Shown here piece by piece: positions 20,926 through 31,744 of a stretch of DNA of 64,000 nt. A program made the translations under genes and the position numbers. Numbering within the stretch: position 1 is the stretch's first letter; each line of letters opens with the position of its first letter. Below the pieces are notes generated by a model that had not been told where the DNA came from, ran no database searches, and was given only the letters and a program-made list of their open reading frames with translations. The stretch is from NCBI GenBank assembly GCA_963664225.1, contig OY760937.1, positions 736,001 to 800,000 of the forward strand, read 5' to 3'. Source of the DNA: Verrucomicrobiia bacterium (GTDB lineage: Bacteria > Verrucomicrobiota > Verrucomicrobiia > Limisphaerales > UBA1319).

Positions 20926-22105
20926 GGTTTTTATTTCGGCGCAGATCGGCCACGCATTCGATATGTTGGGTCTGCGGAAACATATCCACGGGAGTGACCT
21001 GCGCCAGTTCATAGACCTGTTCCCGGCATAAAACGTTCAAGTCTCTTGCCAGAGTCGCGGGATGGCAGGAGACGTAGAGGATCTGACTGACGCCTGAATC
21101 GCGCAAATTCTCCATGCTTTGAGGGGGGCAACCCACGCGCGGCGGGTCGAGAATGACGGTCGTTTTATCTGGAGAGAATTGCCGGAGCAAGGCCGGGAGA
21201 TGCTCTTCGGTTTTGCCGGAGACGTAGGCGCCGTTTTGAACGCCATGCAGCGCCAGATTGCGCTTTGCGGCCTCGACAGCCAGCCGGTCGTATTCCACTC
21301 CCACGAATTCCTTTATGTCACGGGCAAGCGCGATGCTGAAGAATCCGACGCCGCAATAGGCATCGATGAGATAATGGTTGCCGCTTTGCGTGAGGCGTTC
21401 CCGGACGGCCGCGATCAATGGCTCGAGCATGGCGGTGTTGTTTTGGAAGAAAGCGTCCTTGGGGACCTCCCAGCCGGGGGGAGTTTCACGCAAGGTCACT
21501 TTAAGGCCGCCTTTGGGTGGTGGATTGGCGTGGGCGCGGCGGAGTTGTTCGTTGACGCCGGGCATGGCGATGTCGCACTGCTCGACGTCCACCACCAGCC
21601 GGGAATCGGCGCGGATGAAACCGAGGTGCAAGGCCTGGATGGTTTTGTCCCACTGGCTGCGGACCATGATCCGGTTGCGGTAATTGTAATGCTGAGGGCA
21701 GGGAATGGCCGCGGGGACGGGGGGATTCTCGAAGCCGCCGATTCTTTCGAGGATGTCCCTGACCTGTTTTTGCTTGAGCCGAAGCTGGGCGGCGTAGTCG
21801 TAATGCTGGTATTGGCATCCTCCGCAATCGCCATAATATTGGCAGCGTGGTTCCACGCGTTCCGGGGAGGGCACGAGCACGCGCAACAGACGGGCCCGGG
21901 CAAAGCGTTTTTTAACTTCTGTGATCTCCGCCTCTATGGTTTCGCCGGGCAACGCAAAGGCAACGAAGATGACAAAATCCTCAAATCGGGCAACGCCTTC
22001 ACCGCCGAAGGCCAGATCATGAACTTCCAACGTGACCGTGTTTCCGATCTTGAGGGTCGGGCCGGGAATTGGAATGGTCGTGTGCGTGGCAGGCGTATCA
22101 GTCAT
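20921..22105 (-). CDS. TrmA/RlmD-family RNA (uracil-5)-methyltransferase with TRAM domain
   Basis: TRAM N-terminus, CGGCQYQH Fe-S motif, AFFQNN, DAYCGVG, LDPPR, YVSCHPATLARD, DMFPQT.HIE. Confidence 0.92.
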   Translation of the reverse strand: MTDTPATHTTIPIPGPTLKIGNTVTLEVHDLAFGGEGVARFEDFVIFVAFALPGETIEAEITEVKKRFARARLLRVLVPSPERVEPRCQYYGDCGGCQYQHYDYAAQLRLKQKQVRDILERIGGFENPPVPAAIPCPQHYNYRNRIMVRSQWDKTIQALHLGFIRADSRLVVDVEQCDIAMPGVNEQLRRAHANPPPKGGLKVTLRETPPGWEVPKDAFFQNNTAMLEPLIAAVRERLTQSGNHYLIDAYCGVGFFSIALARDIKEFVGVEYDRLAVEAAKRNLALHGVQNGAYVSGKTEEHLPALLRQFSPDKTTVILDPPRVGCPPQSMENLRDSGVSQILYVSCHPATLARDLNVLCREQVYELAQVTPVDMFPQTQHIECVADLRRNKNR

Positions 22106-23636
22106 GAGATGGGTGAGGGGTCGATATCCCTGCAATCAAGCTTTCCACGGTATGGGGCGCCGCTTCAAAATCGGCTTTCAAGTTCAACGCGGTGAGGGCT
22201 TTGGTGGTTTCAGGCCCGATGGAGGCGAGTTTCATTGTGGGAAAGCGATTCAGTAATTTTGGCAGATCGAAACGGGCGTGGAAGTGTTCCACTGTGGAGC
22301 CGCTGGTAAAGGTGATCCAGTCCGCGCCTCCTTCCAATAAACGGACGGACGCGCCGTGAACGTCTTCCTTTTCGGCAACGGTCTGGTAGCAGGCCACATC
22401 ATCCACGATGGCGCCCATGTCCTCGAGCAGTTTTGGCAGTTCGGGACTGGCCACTTCCGCGCGCAGAAGGAGGATGCGCAGGTTTTCGATGCTTTGGACT
22501 TCAGCGATGGCTTCGATGATGTTTTTAGCGATGAACTCCGCGGGCATGGCATCGACCTGGAGCCTGCAATCTTTAACTTTCCGGGCTGTGGCGGGTCCAA
22601 CGGCCGCGATTCGCACGCCCCCGATATCGCGCAAATCCTGGTGGATTGCGAAAAACAAATTAAAGAACTCGGTCACTCCGTTGGGACTGGTGAAAACGAG
22701 CCAATCGTAGGAATTGAGGCTTTGAATGGCGTCCTTGATGGGGTCCTTCTTTTTTGGGGCGACAATTTTGATGGCTGGAATTTCCAGGACATCGGCGCCG
22801 AGTTCCCGCAGCGGCTGGGAAAGCTGGCTGGCCTGTTCCCTGGCGCGGGTGACCACGATGCGCTGGCCGAACAAGGGACGGCGTTCGAACCATTGGAGTT
22901 TCTCACGCAATAGCACGGAATTACCAACGACCAGAATGACGGGGGATTCCAAATCGGCCTTTGCCGCCTGCGCGACCAGGGTTTTCAGGGTGCCTGGAAT
23001 GGTTTTCTGACTTGCCAGGGTGCCATGCTGAATCAGGGCTGCCGGAGTTTTGGCGGCTTTGCCGTGTGCGGTGAGTTCCTTGACGATTTGCTTCAGGTAA
23101 TCCAAAGCCATGAGGAACACCAAAGTTCCATCCAGCGGCGCGAGATGCTCCCAGTCCATGGGACGTCCGCCGGGTTTAAAGGCTGCGTGAGCATCGATCA
23201 CCACATAGAGCGGACCGGAATCCGAAGAAGTCAAAGGGATGCCGGCATAAATGGGAGCGGCCTCGACACTGGAGACGCCGGGAACCATTTCAAAGGGGAT
23301 GTTTGCCTTGGTCAAAGCGAGGGCCTCCTCATCGGTTTCGCTGAAGATGGAGGGATCGCCGGATCTGAGACGGACGATGGATTTGCCTTGTTTTGCCCGG
23401 GCGGCGATTTGTTTGACGAGTTCCTTGACGGGGACCGCCTGTTTCTGGGGAAGATCGCGTTTGCCGCCGTAAATGATTTCGGCTGTGGGTGTGGCCAGAT
23501 CGAGGATGGCGGGATTCACCAGGCCATCATAAATAACCACATCGGAGCGTCGGATTAATTCCGCGCCGCGGATCGTGAGCAGGCCGGGGTCGCCAGGACC
23601 AGCGCCAATAAAATAAACAGTGCCTTTGGCAGTCAT
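22098..23636 (-). CDS. Fused uroporphyrinogen-III C-methyltransferase / uroporphyrinogen-III synthase (CobA-HemD)
   Basis: GAGPGDPGLLT N-terminal domain; PLFGQRIVVTR, FTSPNGV, VGPATA, FTSGSTV, IGPET HemD motifs. Confidence 0.9.
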   Translation of the reverse strand: MTAKGTVYFIGAGPGDPGLLTIRGAELIRRSDVVIYDGLVNPAILDLATPTAEIIYGGKRDLPQKQAVPVKELVKQIAARAKQGKSIVRLRSGDPSIFSETDEEALALTKANIPFEMVPGVSSVEAAPIYAGIPLTSSDSGPLYVVIDAHAAFKPGGRPMDWEHLAPLDGTLVFLMALDYLKQIVKELTAHGKAAKTPAALIQHGTLASQKTIPGTLKTLVAQAAKADLESPVILVVGNSVLLREKLQWFERRPLFGQRIVVTRAREQASQLSQPLRELGADVLEIPAIKIVAPKKKDPIKDAIQSLNSYDWLVFTSPNGVTEFFNLFFAIHQDLRDIGGVRIAAVGPATARKVKDCRLQVDAMPAEFIAKNIIEAIAEVQSIENLRILLLRAEVASPELPKLLEDMGAIVDDVACYQTVAEKEDVHGASVRLLEGGADWITFTSGSTVEHFHARFDLPKLLNRFPTMKLASIGPETTKALTALNLKADFEAAPHTVESLIAGISTPHPSHD

Positions 23637-24025
23637 GCGCGGGGATTTTATGAGGGATTGGGCTTCCGCGCAATGGGAGATGCGGAAAAACGGTTTATCC
23701 CGGATGTAAGACAAAAATCTTTCGCAAGCGAAAAAGGCCATTAAGAGGGCAGGTGAGTAGATGGCTTTTGACGAGTTTATTGCATGGACCAGAGGGACAT
23801 GGTTTCAAAATAAAGAAAAGCCACCTCACCCCGTCCCTCCATCTGGCGACGGAGAGGGAGGAGTATTGGGCGGTTCTGGAGAGATTGGATGGTTTGGGAA
23901 GTGGCCGCCGCGTGGGGTTGGCTGGGGGCAGATTTTTACATGGATGGACAAGATGGGGAAATGGGGAGAATGGAAAATTGACGATGGTCGATTGACAATT
24001 GAGTAGGAACGAAACAGCCGTTGCG

Positions 24026-24098
24026 CGGCTCGGCGGGAGCCTCGCCCTACCAAGTCTCGCCCCTACCAAGCCTCGCCCCTACCAAGCCTCGCCCTGCC
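24026..24098. repeat. Single REP unit plus three partial units, same family as 20121-20925
   Basis: CGGCTCGGCGGGAGCCTCGCCCTACC followed by AAGYCTCGCCC(C)TACC variants. Confidence 0.9.
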
Positions 24099-24127
24099 GT
24101 TGTCGGGGGGAGAGGCGTTTCGTATGT

Positions 24128-25414
24128 TTATTGCAGATCAATAAAGAGCGGGGCGGAGTCCAGGGCAAGGTGGAGTTTGCCCGAGTTCATGGAAAGGGGA
24201 AACGACTTGCCGGTGATGGTTTGGCAGGTGAGTGTCGCCGATAGTTCCAAGCCGGTGTCGATATTCACTTCGTGGATTTCGCGTGTTGTCCAGACGGTGA
24301 GTTTTTGATGGCCTTTTGAATCCTTCCAGATCAGCGCCCAATCCCGGTTGTCATCGAGAGGAATGCTCCGCTTGATGGTGAAGCCTGACAAAAAGCGGGT
24401 CATGCCTTGCACGGCGGTGTAGGAGGGCTTGGGTTTAAGGTCGCTCGTCGTGGTGCCAAAGTTGTGTTCCCTTTCCTTGGGATCGGGACCGTCATTGGTC
24501 CAATCGTACCAGATCGAAATGGGCACGCCATAAAAGAGGTTGGCCATTTGCTGGCGGACGATGAATGCGGCCTGGGTGTCCAGCGTGAGTCCTCCATCCT
24601 GTTGGGTGGCGTAGCCCCATTCGCCGCTGATGATTGGCATTTTGGCCTTCGCAGGGGTGGGGGCGTATTTTTGGATCAGGCCGCGCAGTTTTTGGTAATC
24701 CTCCGCGGCGGTTTCCGGGCCTCGTTTGTAATCGCGATAGGGATGGACGCTGACGGCATCGAGGTGTTCGAGAATGCCCGAGGCGAGGAATTTTTCGAGG
24801 AAGGGCCATGGAAATTCGGAGCTGGCCGGACCGATGATGGCGGCTTCAGGAACGGCCTGGCGCACGGCTTTACAGGTGGCCAAGGCGAGTTCTGTGTATT
24901 GGGTCACGTCGGGTTTGGGTTTCCAGAAGAAAATGTTCGGTTCGTTCCAGATTTCCCAGACGACGGGCTTACCCCGGAAATGCACGGCTGCGGCGGCCGA
25001 CCACCGGGCAAAAGCGGCGACACTTTCGGGATGCTGCGGGGAAGCGGTTTCCTTGCTTTCACCTCCAAAGATGGGGTTTTTCGAGGCGACTTCCTCTTCG
25101 AAAAGAGGATTTGAGTAGTCGAAAATGTAGATGGCACTGAGACCGCGTTTTTCAAGATTGGCGGTCAACTCGTCATAAGCGGACCAATCGTATTCGCCTT
25201 TTTTTCTTTCAATGCCGCCCCAACCGAAATCCATGCGAATGAATTTGAAACCTGCGGCGGCGATCAAATCCAGATCCTTTTCGTGGCCGCGGGTGAAGTG
25301 AATATTCACGCCGACGCCTTTGGGCATGACAAGGTCAGGGATTACGCTTGTGCCAGGGCTGGCATTGGCCATCCAGGGCAACAGACAAAAGGCGAGCAGG
25401 GTTTTAATATTCAT
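24128..25414 (-). CDS. Secreted clan GH-A glycoside hydrolase (GH5/GH39-like)
   Basis: Signal peptide, WEIWNEP acid/base motif, SVHPY, ISGEWG nucleophile motif. Confidence 0.85.
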   Translation of the reverse strand: MNIKTLLAFCLLPWMANASPGTSVIPDLVMPKGVGVNIHFTRGHEKDLDLIAAAGFKFIRMDFGWGGIERKKGEYDWSAYDELTANLEKRGLSAIYIFDYSNPLFEEEVASKNPIFGGESKETASPQHPESVAAFARWSAAAAVHFRGKPVVWEIWNEPNIFFWKPKPDVTQYTELALATCKAVRQAVPEAAIIGPASSEFPWPFLEKFLASGILEHLDAVSVHPYRDYKRGPETAAEDYQKLRGLIQKYAPTPAKAKMPIISGEWGYATQQDGGLTLDTQAAFIVRQQMANLFYGVPISIWYDWTNDGPDPKEREHNFGTTTSDLKPKPSYTAVQGMTRFLSGFTIKRSIPLDDNRDWALIWKDSKGHQKLTVWTTREIHEVNIDTGLELSATLTCQTITGKSFPLSMNSGKLHLALDSAPLFIDLQ

Positions 25415-25455
25415 AGGATCAATGTATTGACGCAGGAAGGTGCGGTTTATTTAAA

Positions 25456-26412
25456 TTATTCCTCGAATGGGGACGCGGGCGTTGATGGCGCTGGTTTACG
25501 CTTTTGCAGGACGATGTAAATATTATCGGCCAGGTTGCATGCGCCCAGGGCGGACTCGGCCAGGCGATAGAGCCATTTTATCGGTTTCAACCATGGATTC
25601 TGTTTGTATCCGGTGGTTTTTTTCAAGAGGCGCGCCCGGTCTTCATCGGGGACCCGATCCACGCGTTTGAAAAAGTCCTGCAGGATCACGATGGGATTAA
25701 AGTGGGTGGAACCCTGGCCCACGACGTCGAATTGAGATGACGCGCGGGCGAAACGATCGAGGGTGGCGGCTGAAAAGTAATTCACGTGATCGGCGTAAAT
25801 GTAGCGGTAACGCCGGCCCAGAAGGCGGATGGCGAGCGAGCGCCAATTCGGCACCAAAATGTAGATGTGACCGCCGGGATTGATCAGGTCCGCAGCTTTG
25901 GCGAGGAATTGTTCTGGATGGGCCAGATGCTCCATGACCGCCCAGAACGTGATGGCATCAAAGTGCTGGCCATGGAAATCGTGTTCCAGAAATGAGGCGC
26001 GCAGAACAGGGACTCCTTTTTGTTCCGCGTAATCCAGCGCGGCCGAGGCGACATCGGCGCCCAGTATCCGATAATTCAGAGGCCAGCGGGTTTTGATCTG
26101 ATACAGGAACGCGCCGGTCGAACAGCCGACGTCCAGAACATTTCCCGAGATGCGAAATTGGCGAAAAATGCGGAGCTCGCGTTCGAAACGCACGGGCGCG
26201 TAGTCGCTTTCCAATTTGTCCGGCGAGCAATAAAAGGGCTTTCCAATGCGGTCGTAGTAGGCGCCCGTGGCCAATTCGTCGGGGATGGGACTGGCATAAA
26301 CCATGGAGCAATTGGCGCATTGGACCAAACGCAGATCGCCTTTTGCGAAAAGAGGCCGCGCCGTCCGCTCGCCGCAGACAGGACACCGACGCTGGCATTC
26401 GGGACCTTGCAT
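25456..26412 (-). CDS. Class I SAM-dependent methyltransferase with N-terminal Zn ribbon
   Basis: CPVC..CANC, VLDVGCSTG, FDAITFWAVMEH. Confidence 0.88.
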   Translation of the reverse strand: MQGPECQRRCPVCGERTARPLFAKGDLRLVQCANCSMVYASPIPDELATGAYYDRIGKPFYCSPDKLESDYAPVRFERELRIFRQFRISGNVLDVGCSTGAFLYQIKTRWPLNYRILGADVASAALDYAEQKGVPVLRASFLEHDFHGQHFDAITFWAVMEHLAHPEQFLAKAADLINPGGHIYILVPNWRSLAIRLLGRRYRYIYADHVNYFSAATLDRFARASSQFDVVGQGSTHFNPIVILQDFFKRVDRVPDEDRARLLKKTTGYKQNPWLKPIKWLYRLAESALGACNLADNIYIVLQKRKPAPSTPASPFEE

Positions 26413-26518
26413 GGTTCTTCAATAACATGATTTGCAGGTTTATGGCAATGATGCGTGAATGGTGAATTGGTGAATCCGAATTGCCAAAACGTTGCAACCA
26501 TGAAGAATCGGGGCGGTC

Positions 26519-27145
26519 ATGAAAAAAGCTCCCCGCATTAAAGGAATCGCCGCGCTGGTCGTGGTGCTGTTCAGTTTTGGGCTGTGGCAGTGGGGACCGT
26601 TTTCCGCGGTATTCGCGATTGCGAATTTAACCGATCCCGCAAAGCTTGAGAAGTTGGGGGACAGGGGCGCGAATCCGCGATTGAACAAGACGGTTTATTG
26701 GTTGGACACGGCTGAACGGCATTTTCTGGGGCCTCACATGGCCATCACCCTGGCTCAAACAATCAACGGCACAGGCGGAAAGAAGGCTGAATTAACGCGA
26801 GATTCCCTGCTGCGGAATTTGAAAATTGCGCACGAGCTGGGTTTGTTGACGGCGGAAAATCGGGAAAAATTGCGGGGCGGCCACGCGGGGATCATCACGC
26901 TGGGGCCTTATGCGGGGGAAACGGTGGAGATCGATCATATCGTGCCCTTCAGCCTGGCTCCCGAGTTGGGCAACAATCTGGCCAATCTGGAAATGCTGCC
27001 CAGGACGATCAATCGGCGCAAATTGGATCATGTGGGGGCGCGCCAGTTGGCGCAGGCGGAGGTGTTTTTTCAGGCCGGACTATTGAGTCCGAAGTCATAC
27101 GAAAAAGTCAAAGCCAAGGCGCGGATCAATCGTGCGGCTTTCTGA
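26519..27145 (+). CDS. Hypothetical protein with N-terminal signal/TM segment and HNH-like motif
   Basis: Hydrophobic N-terminus; EIDHIVP...NNLANLEMLPRTINRRK. Confidence 0.65.
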   Translation: MKKAPRIKGIAALVVVLFSFGLWQWGPFSAVFAIANLTDPAKLEKLGDRGANPRLNKTVYWLDTAERHFLGPHMAITLAQTINGTGGKKAELTRDSLLRNLKIAHELGLLTAENREKLRGGHAGIITLGPYAGETVEIDHIVPFSLAPELGNNLANLEMLPRTINRRKLDHVGARQLAQAEVFFQAGLLSPKSYEKVKAKARINRAAF

Positions 27146-27160
27146 AATCGAACAAGCAAG

Positions 27161-27186
27161 AAAAAAGGCGGGTGATGAACCCGCCT
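27161..27186 (-). terminator. Intrinsic terminator of icd
   Basis: AGGCGGGT/ACCCGCCT stem with adjacent A6 (U-tract on minus strand). Confidence 0.75.
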
Positions 27187-27220
27187 CGAAAAGAACAATC
27201 TGTGATTCTTCAATTGCCGA

Positions 27221-28582
27221 TTACATGTGAGCGATGATGTTGTCGCCGAATTCGGAGCACTTGATTTCCGTGGCGCCGGTCATTTGACGGGCGAAATCGT
27301 AGGTGACGCGTTTTGAATTGATGGCGCCGTTGATCCCTTTCAGGATGAGATCGGCAGCCTCCAACCAGCCCATGTAACGGAACATCATTTCCCCGCTGAG
27401 AATCACGCTGCCGGGATTGACCTTGTCGAGATTGGCGTATTTGGGGGCTGTGCCGTGAGTGGCCTCAAAGATCGCGTGGCCGGTGACGTAGTTGATATTT
27501 CCACCGGGCGCGATGCCGATGCCGCCAACCTGGGCGGCGAGGGCGTCTGAAAGGTAATCGCCGTTGAGGTTAAGCGTGGCAATGACTTCAAAATCCTCGG
27601 GACGGGTGAGGACCTGCTGCAAGGTGATGTCCGCAATGGCGTCCTTGATGAGAATGGCTCCGGCCTTGAGGGCGGCCTTCTGCTCGAGATTGGCCGCTTC
27701 TTCGCCGCCGGCCTTTTTAGTGCGCTCCCATTGGGACCAGGTATAGACCCTGGAGCCGTAGAGTTGTTCCGCAGTGGCATAGGCCCAATCACGGAAGGCG
27801 CCTTCCGTGAATTTCATGATGTTGCCTTTGTGGACAATCGTGACGCTTTTGCGGCCCTGCGCGATGGCGTAATCGATGGCCGATTTCATCAGCCGGGTGG
27901 TGCCGATTTTGGAGACTGGTTTGATGCCAATTCCGACTTGAACGGGTTGTGGCGGAAGGGCCTTGTCCGCGCCAGTCGATTGAAGGAAATCCGTTCCGGC
28001 TTTTGCCGTGCCAAAACGGATTTTGGCAAAGTCCTTGGGGAAATTCTGCTGAATGAAGTCGAGAACCTTTTGCGCTTCAGGCGATCCAGCGGGAAATTCG
28101 ATGCCCGCATAAATGTCCTCGGTATTTTCGCGGAAAATCACCATGTTGACCTTCTCAGGGTGTTTGACCGGGGAGGGGACTCCGGTAAAATACTGGACGG
28201 GGCGCAGGCAGACATAAAGATCGAGCATCTGGCGCAGAGCCACGTTGAGCGAGCGAATGCCGCCGCCGATGGGGGTGGTCAATGGACCCTTGATGCCGAC
28301 CAGATAATCCTTGAACGCCTCGACGGTGTCGTCCGGTAGCCAGTTATCAAATTTCTGCTTGGCGGTTTCGCCCGCGAAGACTTCAAACCATGCGATTTTG
28401 CGCGCGCCCTTGTAGGCCTTTTCGACGGCGGCATCGAAGACTCTCTGGCTGGCCGCCCAGATGTCAGGACCTGTGCCGTCACCCCGGATGAAGGGCATGA
28501 TCGGATGGTTCGGCACATGAAGACGGCCATTTTGAATGGCGATTTTTTCTCCCGCCGGTGGAATCACATTTTGATAGGCCAT
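27221..28582 (-). CDS. icd: NADP-dependent isocitrate dehydrogenase
   Basis: [55 protein letters not shown]. Confidence 0.96.
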   Translation of the reverse strand: MAYQNVIPPAGEKIAIQNGRLHVPNHPIMPFIRGDGTGPDIWAASQRVFDAAVEKAYKGARKIAWFEVFAGETAKQKFDNWLPDDTVEAFKDYLVGIKGPLTTPIGGGIRSLNVALRQMLDLYVCLRPVQYFTGVPSPVKHPEKVNMVIFRENTEDIYAGIEFPAGSPEAQKVLDFIQQNFPKDFAKIRFGTAKAGTDFLQSTGADKALPPQPVQVGIGIKPVSKIGTTRLMKSAIDYAIAQGRKSVTIVHKGNIMKFTEGAFRDWAYATAEQLYGSRVYTWSQWERTKKAGGEEAANLEQKAALKAGAILIKDAIADITLQQVLTRPEDFEVIATLNLNGDYLSDALAAQVGGIGIAPGGNINYVTGHAIFEATHGTAPKYANLDKVNPGSVILSGEMMFRYMGWLEAADLILKGINGAINSKRVTYDFARQMTGATEIKCSEFGDNIIAHM

Positions 28583-28613
28583 AGGTTTTATTTTAAATCG
28601 TGGGTCATGGCGT

Positions 28614-30596
28614 TCAAGCCACCGCGATCAAGGGGTTGGCTGCGACTTCAGAAAATTGTTTTTTGACGCGGGTCACAATGGCGGCCGCGGTGAGACCATA
28701 TTTTTCGCGCAAGTAATCCACTGTGGAGGCGTGTTCGATGAATTGATCGGGCCAGCCGATGCGCAAGAGGGGCGTGGAAATGCGGGTGTCGCTGAACAGT
28801 TCGAGGACGTTGCTTCCATAGCCGCCCGGGAGCACATGGTCTTCGATGGTGACGACCACGTCGGCCGCCTGGCCAAAGAATTGTGTGGTGCCCTTATCGA
28901 TCGGTTTGGTGAACCGGGGATTGATCAATGAGACATCGAAACCTTGGGCCCCGAGCTGGCTGGCGGCTTCGCGTCCCACCGCCATCATGTTGCCCAATGC
29001 GAATATGGCCACCTTATGCCCGCCGTTGTTGGAGAAATTCTGGATGACCTCGGCTTTGCCAATCTCCAAAATGGCTGGCTGTTCCTTGATGGCCACACCT
29101 TCACCGACGCCGCGCGGGTAACGGATGAACACGGGCAGCTTCTGATGGGTGGCGGTGAACATCATATCGACGAGTTCATCCTCGTCCTTGGGGGCCATGC
29201 CGATGATGTCCGGCACGCAACGCAGGAAAGAGATGTCGAACAAGCCGTGATGCGTGGGGCCGTCGTTTGCGGACAGGCCGGCGCGATCCATGCAAAAAAT
29301 CACAGGCAATTTTTGCAATGCGACATCGTGGATGATGCAATCGTAGGCTCGTTGAAGGAAGGTCGAGTAAATGGCAACGACAGGATGGAAGCCGCGTGTG
29401 GCCATGCCTGCGGCGAATATGACCGCGTGCTCCTCGGCGATGCCGACATCGTAGCAACGGTCGGGCATGGCTTTCTCCAACAATTTCAATCCCGTGCCGC
29501 TGGGCATGGCGGCGGTGATGCCCACGATCATGTTGTCGCGTTTGCAGAGGCGCACCATGGTTTCACCGAAGACATCCTGGTAATTGGGAGGAGTGCCCGG
29601 CTTAGCCTTCAAAGAATCGCCGGTTTCAACGTCATAGGGGCCGACCCCATGAAATTTTTCCGGCTGGCGAAGGGCGGCCTCATAGCCTTTACCCTTTTGC
29701 GTCACGATGTGAATGATGATGGGATGGTCGCAATTCTTCGCAAATTCCAGCGAATTGATGAGCAAGGGCAGGTTGTGCCCGTCCAACGGCCCAAGATAAC
29801 GCAGCGCCATTTCCTCGAAGAAGACGCTGCTGCCATAGCCACCGCGCCCATCCGAGTCCGTATCGGTGGGGGATTGTTTGAGGCTGGCCTGGGCGACGGC
29901 GCCTTTGAGGGCGACTTCGGCCTTATGACCGAGCTTCAACGCCACATCGCCTTTTGGCATTCTGCGCATCCAACGCTCGAAATCCTTTTGCAGGCGGTTG
30001 TAGGAAGGGTGCGTGATGAGTTTGTTCAGGTAGGAGGCAATGGCGCCCACGTTTTTCGCAATGCCCCATTCGTTATCGTTGAGGACACCGATGAAGCGTT
30101 TGGTGGAGTGGGCAATGTTGTTCAGGGCCTCATAGGAAATACCGTTGGTCAATGCCGCGTCGCCGAAGACGGCGACCACGTTTTCCTTGCCACCCATCCG
30201 GTCGCGGGCCACAGCCATGCCCAGGGCGGCGGATAGGGCGGTGCCGGCGTGACCGCTGCCGTAAATGTCATGCGGGCTTTCCGTGCGCAGGGCGAATCCA
30301 TTCAAGCCGCCTGTGGTGCGAATGGTGGAAAACCTGTCTTTGCGACCCGTGAGCAGTTTGTGGACGTAACACTGATGGCTGACATCCCACACGAACTTGT
30401 CTTCCGGTGTGGCGAAAACGTAGTGCATGGCAATGGTCAATTCGACCACGCCCAGATTCGGACCCAGGTGACCGCCATGTTTGGCCAGCGTTCTAATCAA
30501 TTCTTCCCGGATTTCCTCGGCCAACTGCTGCAATTGCGGCATCGTCAGCTTTTTGAGATGCGAAGGGTGATCTACCATTTCTAAAAAACGGCTCAT
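28614..30596 (-). CDS. dxs: 1-deoxy-D-xylulose-5-phosphate synthase
   Basis: [42 protein letters not shown]. Confidence 0.96.
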   Translation of the reverse strand: MSRFLEMVDHPSHLKKLTMPQLQQLAEEIREELIRTLAKHGGHLGPNLGVVELTIAMHYVFATPEDKFVWDVSHQCYVHKLLTGRKDRFSTIRTTGGLNGFALRTESPHDIYGSGHAGTALSAALGMAVARDRMGGKENVVAVFGDAALTNGISYEALNNIAHSTKRFIGVLNDNEWGIAKNVGAIASYLNKLITHPSYNRLQKDFERWMRRMPKGDVALKLGHKAEVALKGAVAQASLKQSPTDTDSDGRGGYGSSVFFEEMALRYLGPLDGHNLPLLINSLEFAKNCDHPIIIHIVTQKGKGYEAALRQPEKFHGVGPYDVETGDSLKAKPGTPPNYQDVFGETMVRLCKRDNMIVGITAAMPSGTGLKLLEKAMPDRCYDVGIAEEHAVIFAAGMATRGFHPVVAIYSTFLQRAYDCIIHDVALQKLPVIFCMDRAGLSANDGPTHHGLFDISFLRCVPDIIGMAPKDEDELVDMMFTATHQKLPVFIRYPRGVGEGVAIKEQPAILEIGKAEVIQNFSNNGGHKVAIFALGNMMAVGREAASQLGAQGFDVSLINPRFTKPIDKGTTQFFGQAADVVVTIEDHVLPGGYGSNVLELFSDTRISTPLLRIGWPDQFIEHASTVDYLREKYGLTAAAIVTRVKKQFSEVAANPLIAVA

Positions 30597-30600
30597 AGGT

Positions 30601-30885
30601 TCAGGACTCGGCAGTTTCTTCGGAGGGTTTGAAAGGATTGAGGGTCAGTTGTCCCGAAGAGGACTTTTCCAACTGCAGCAGCTTCAACTCCGCGGCATTC
30701 AATTTCGTCTGGCAGAGTTGGGCCAGGCGATGGCCTTCCTCAGCTCTGGCCATGAGAGTTTCCAAGGGCAAATCGTCCGATTCCATCGATTCGACGATGG
30801 ATTCAAGTTTTTGCAGCGCTTCCTCGAAAGGAAGATTCCCACCCTCGGGAGAGTCTGTCGCAGCGTTTTTTTGGGCCTTTGCCAT
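30601..30885 (-). CDS. xseB: Exodeoxyribonuclease VII small subunit
   Basis: FEEALQKLESIVESME..LPLE..C...L..AE; directly upstream of dxs. Confidence 0.9.
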   Translation of the reverse strand: MAKAQKNAATDSPEGGNLPFEEALQKLESIVESMESDDLPLETLMARAEEGHRLAQLCQTKLNAAELKLLQLEKSSSGQLTLNPFKPSEETAES

Positions 30886-30937
30886 GAGTGAAAGCGTAGA
30901 TGAAAGAGGGGGATTCGTCCAGCATGGACTGGCGTGG

Positions 30938-31744
30938 TCACTTTGCGGGCATGCCTGACGCCGTGGGATTGATCGCCATCACCTGGTCCGAACGCACCCA
31001 ACCGGTGCGCTGTTGATGATCACGGATTTGCATCCACTGGTCTTGTCGGTCGATGGCTGTGATTTCCGCACCGTCCTGCAGGGAGTAAAACACACGGGAT
31101 TCCTCGAGTGGGCCGTATTTCACCGGCGCATCCTTTACGATGATTATGGCTGAATCGATGAACCGATCAAAATAGAGTCGAATCCCGAGGCCGGCCACCG
31201 CAATCAAGGTGGCCAACAGAAGGAGCCGTTGCGGCCTGGCCAAACGGGATTTCATTCCGGGTTTGAGCTGATGGGTTACCAAAACGCCCAGCCATGCCCA
31301 CCACGCCACGGCAGCCAAAATGGCCCATTCGTTGAGCGAAAACCAGCTTGTCCATGATCGCAGGAATCCGGTTCCTGGAGGATTGCCTTGATAGGCGCGG
31401 CTGCGAGCCAGTTGCAGATTGGCGCGAATATCCGGATCCCGGGGGGAGAGTTCGAGGGCGCGTTGGTAGTAAACGACCGCCAGGCCCGAACGACCGCCTT
31501 TCAAGCAGGCGTTCCCGAGGTTAAAATAGAGGGCGGCGGAAACGGTTCCGTTTTGCGCAAGGTTCGAATAGGTGTTGATGGCGGGTTCGTATTGACCCTC
31601 CGCATAGAGTTTGTTTGCTTTTTCGAAGGCGTCCGAAAAGCTGTCCGCCCGGGCGCTGGTTAACAAAAGCGCCAGCGATAGGAGCAAAAAGGACCAAAAT
31701 GCAGCGGCGCGGTGTGTGGAGGCGATTTTTGAAATGAAGTTCAT
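30938..31744 (-). CDS. BatE-like TPR + SH3 membrane protein
   Basis: Signal peptide, LYFNLGNA TPR, two TM helices, C-terminal GWV SH3-like domain; follows BatD-like gene. Confidence 0.8.
   Translation of the reverse strand: MNFISKIASTHRAAAFWSFLLLSLALLLTSARADSFSDAFEKANKLYAEGQYEPAINTYSNLAQNGTVSAALYFNLGNACLKGGRSGLAVVYYQRALELSPRDPDIRANLQLARSRAYQGNPPGTGFLRSWTSWFSLNEWAILAAVAWWAWLGVLVTHQLKPGMKSRLARPQRLLLLATLIAVAGLGIRLYFDRFIDSAIIIVKDAPVKYGPLEESRVFYSLQDGAEITAIDRQDQWMQIRDHQQRTGWVRSDQVMAINPTASGMPAK

Noticed and set aside
19846..21031. Three long plus-strand ORFs across the repeat array
   Set aside because: All three frames are open only because the repeat lacks plus-strand stops; products are low-complexity translations
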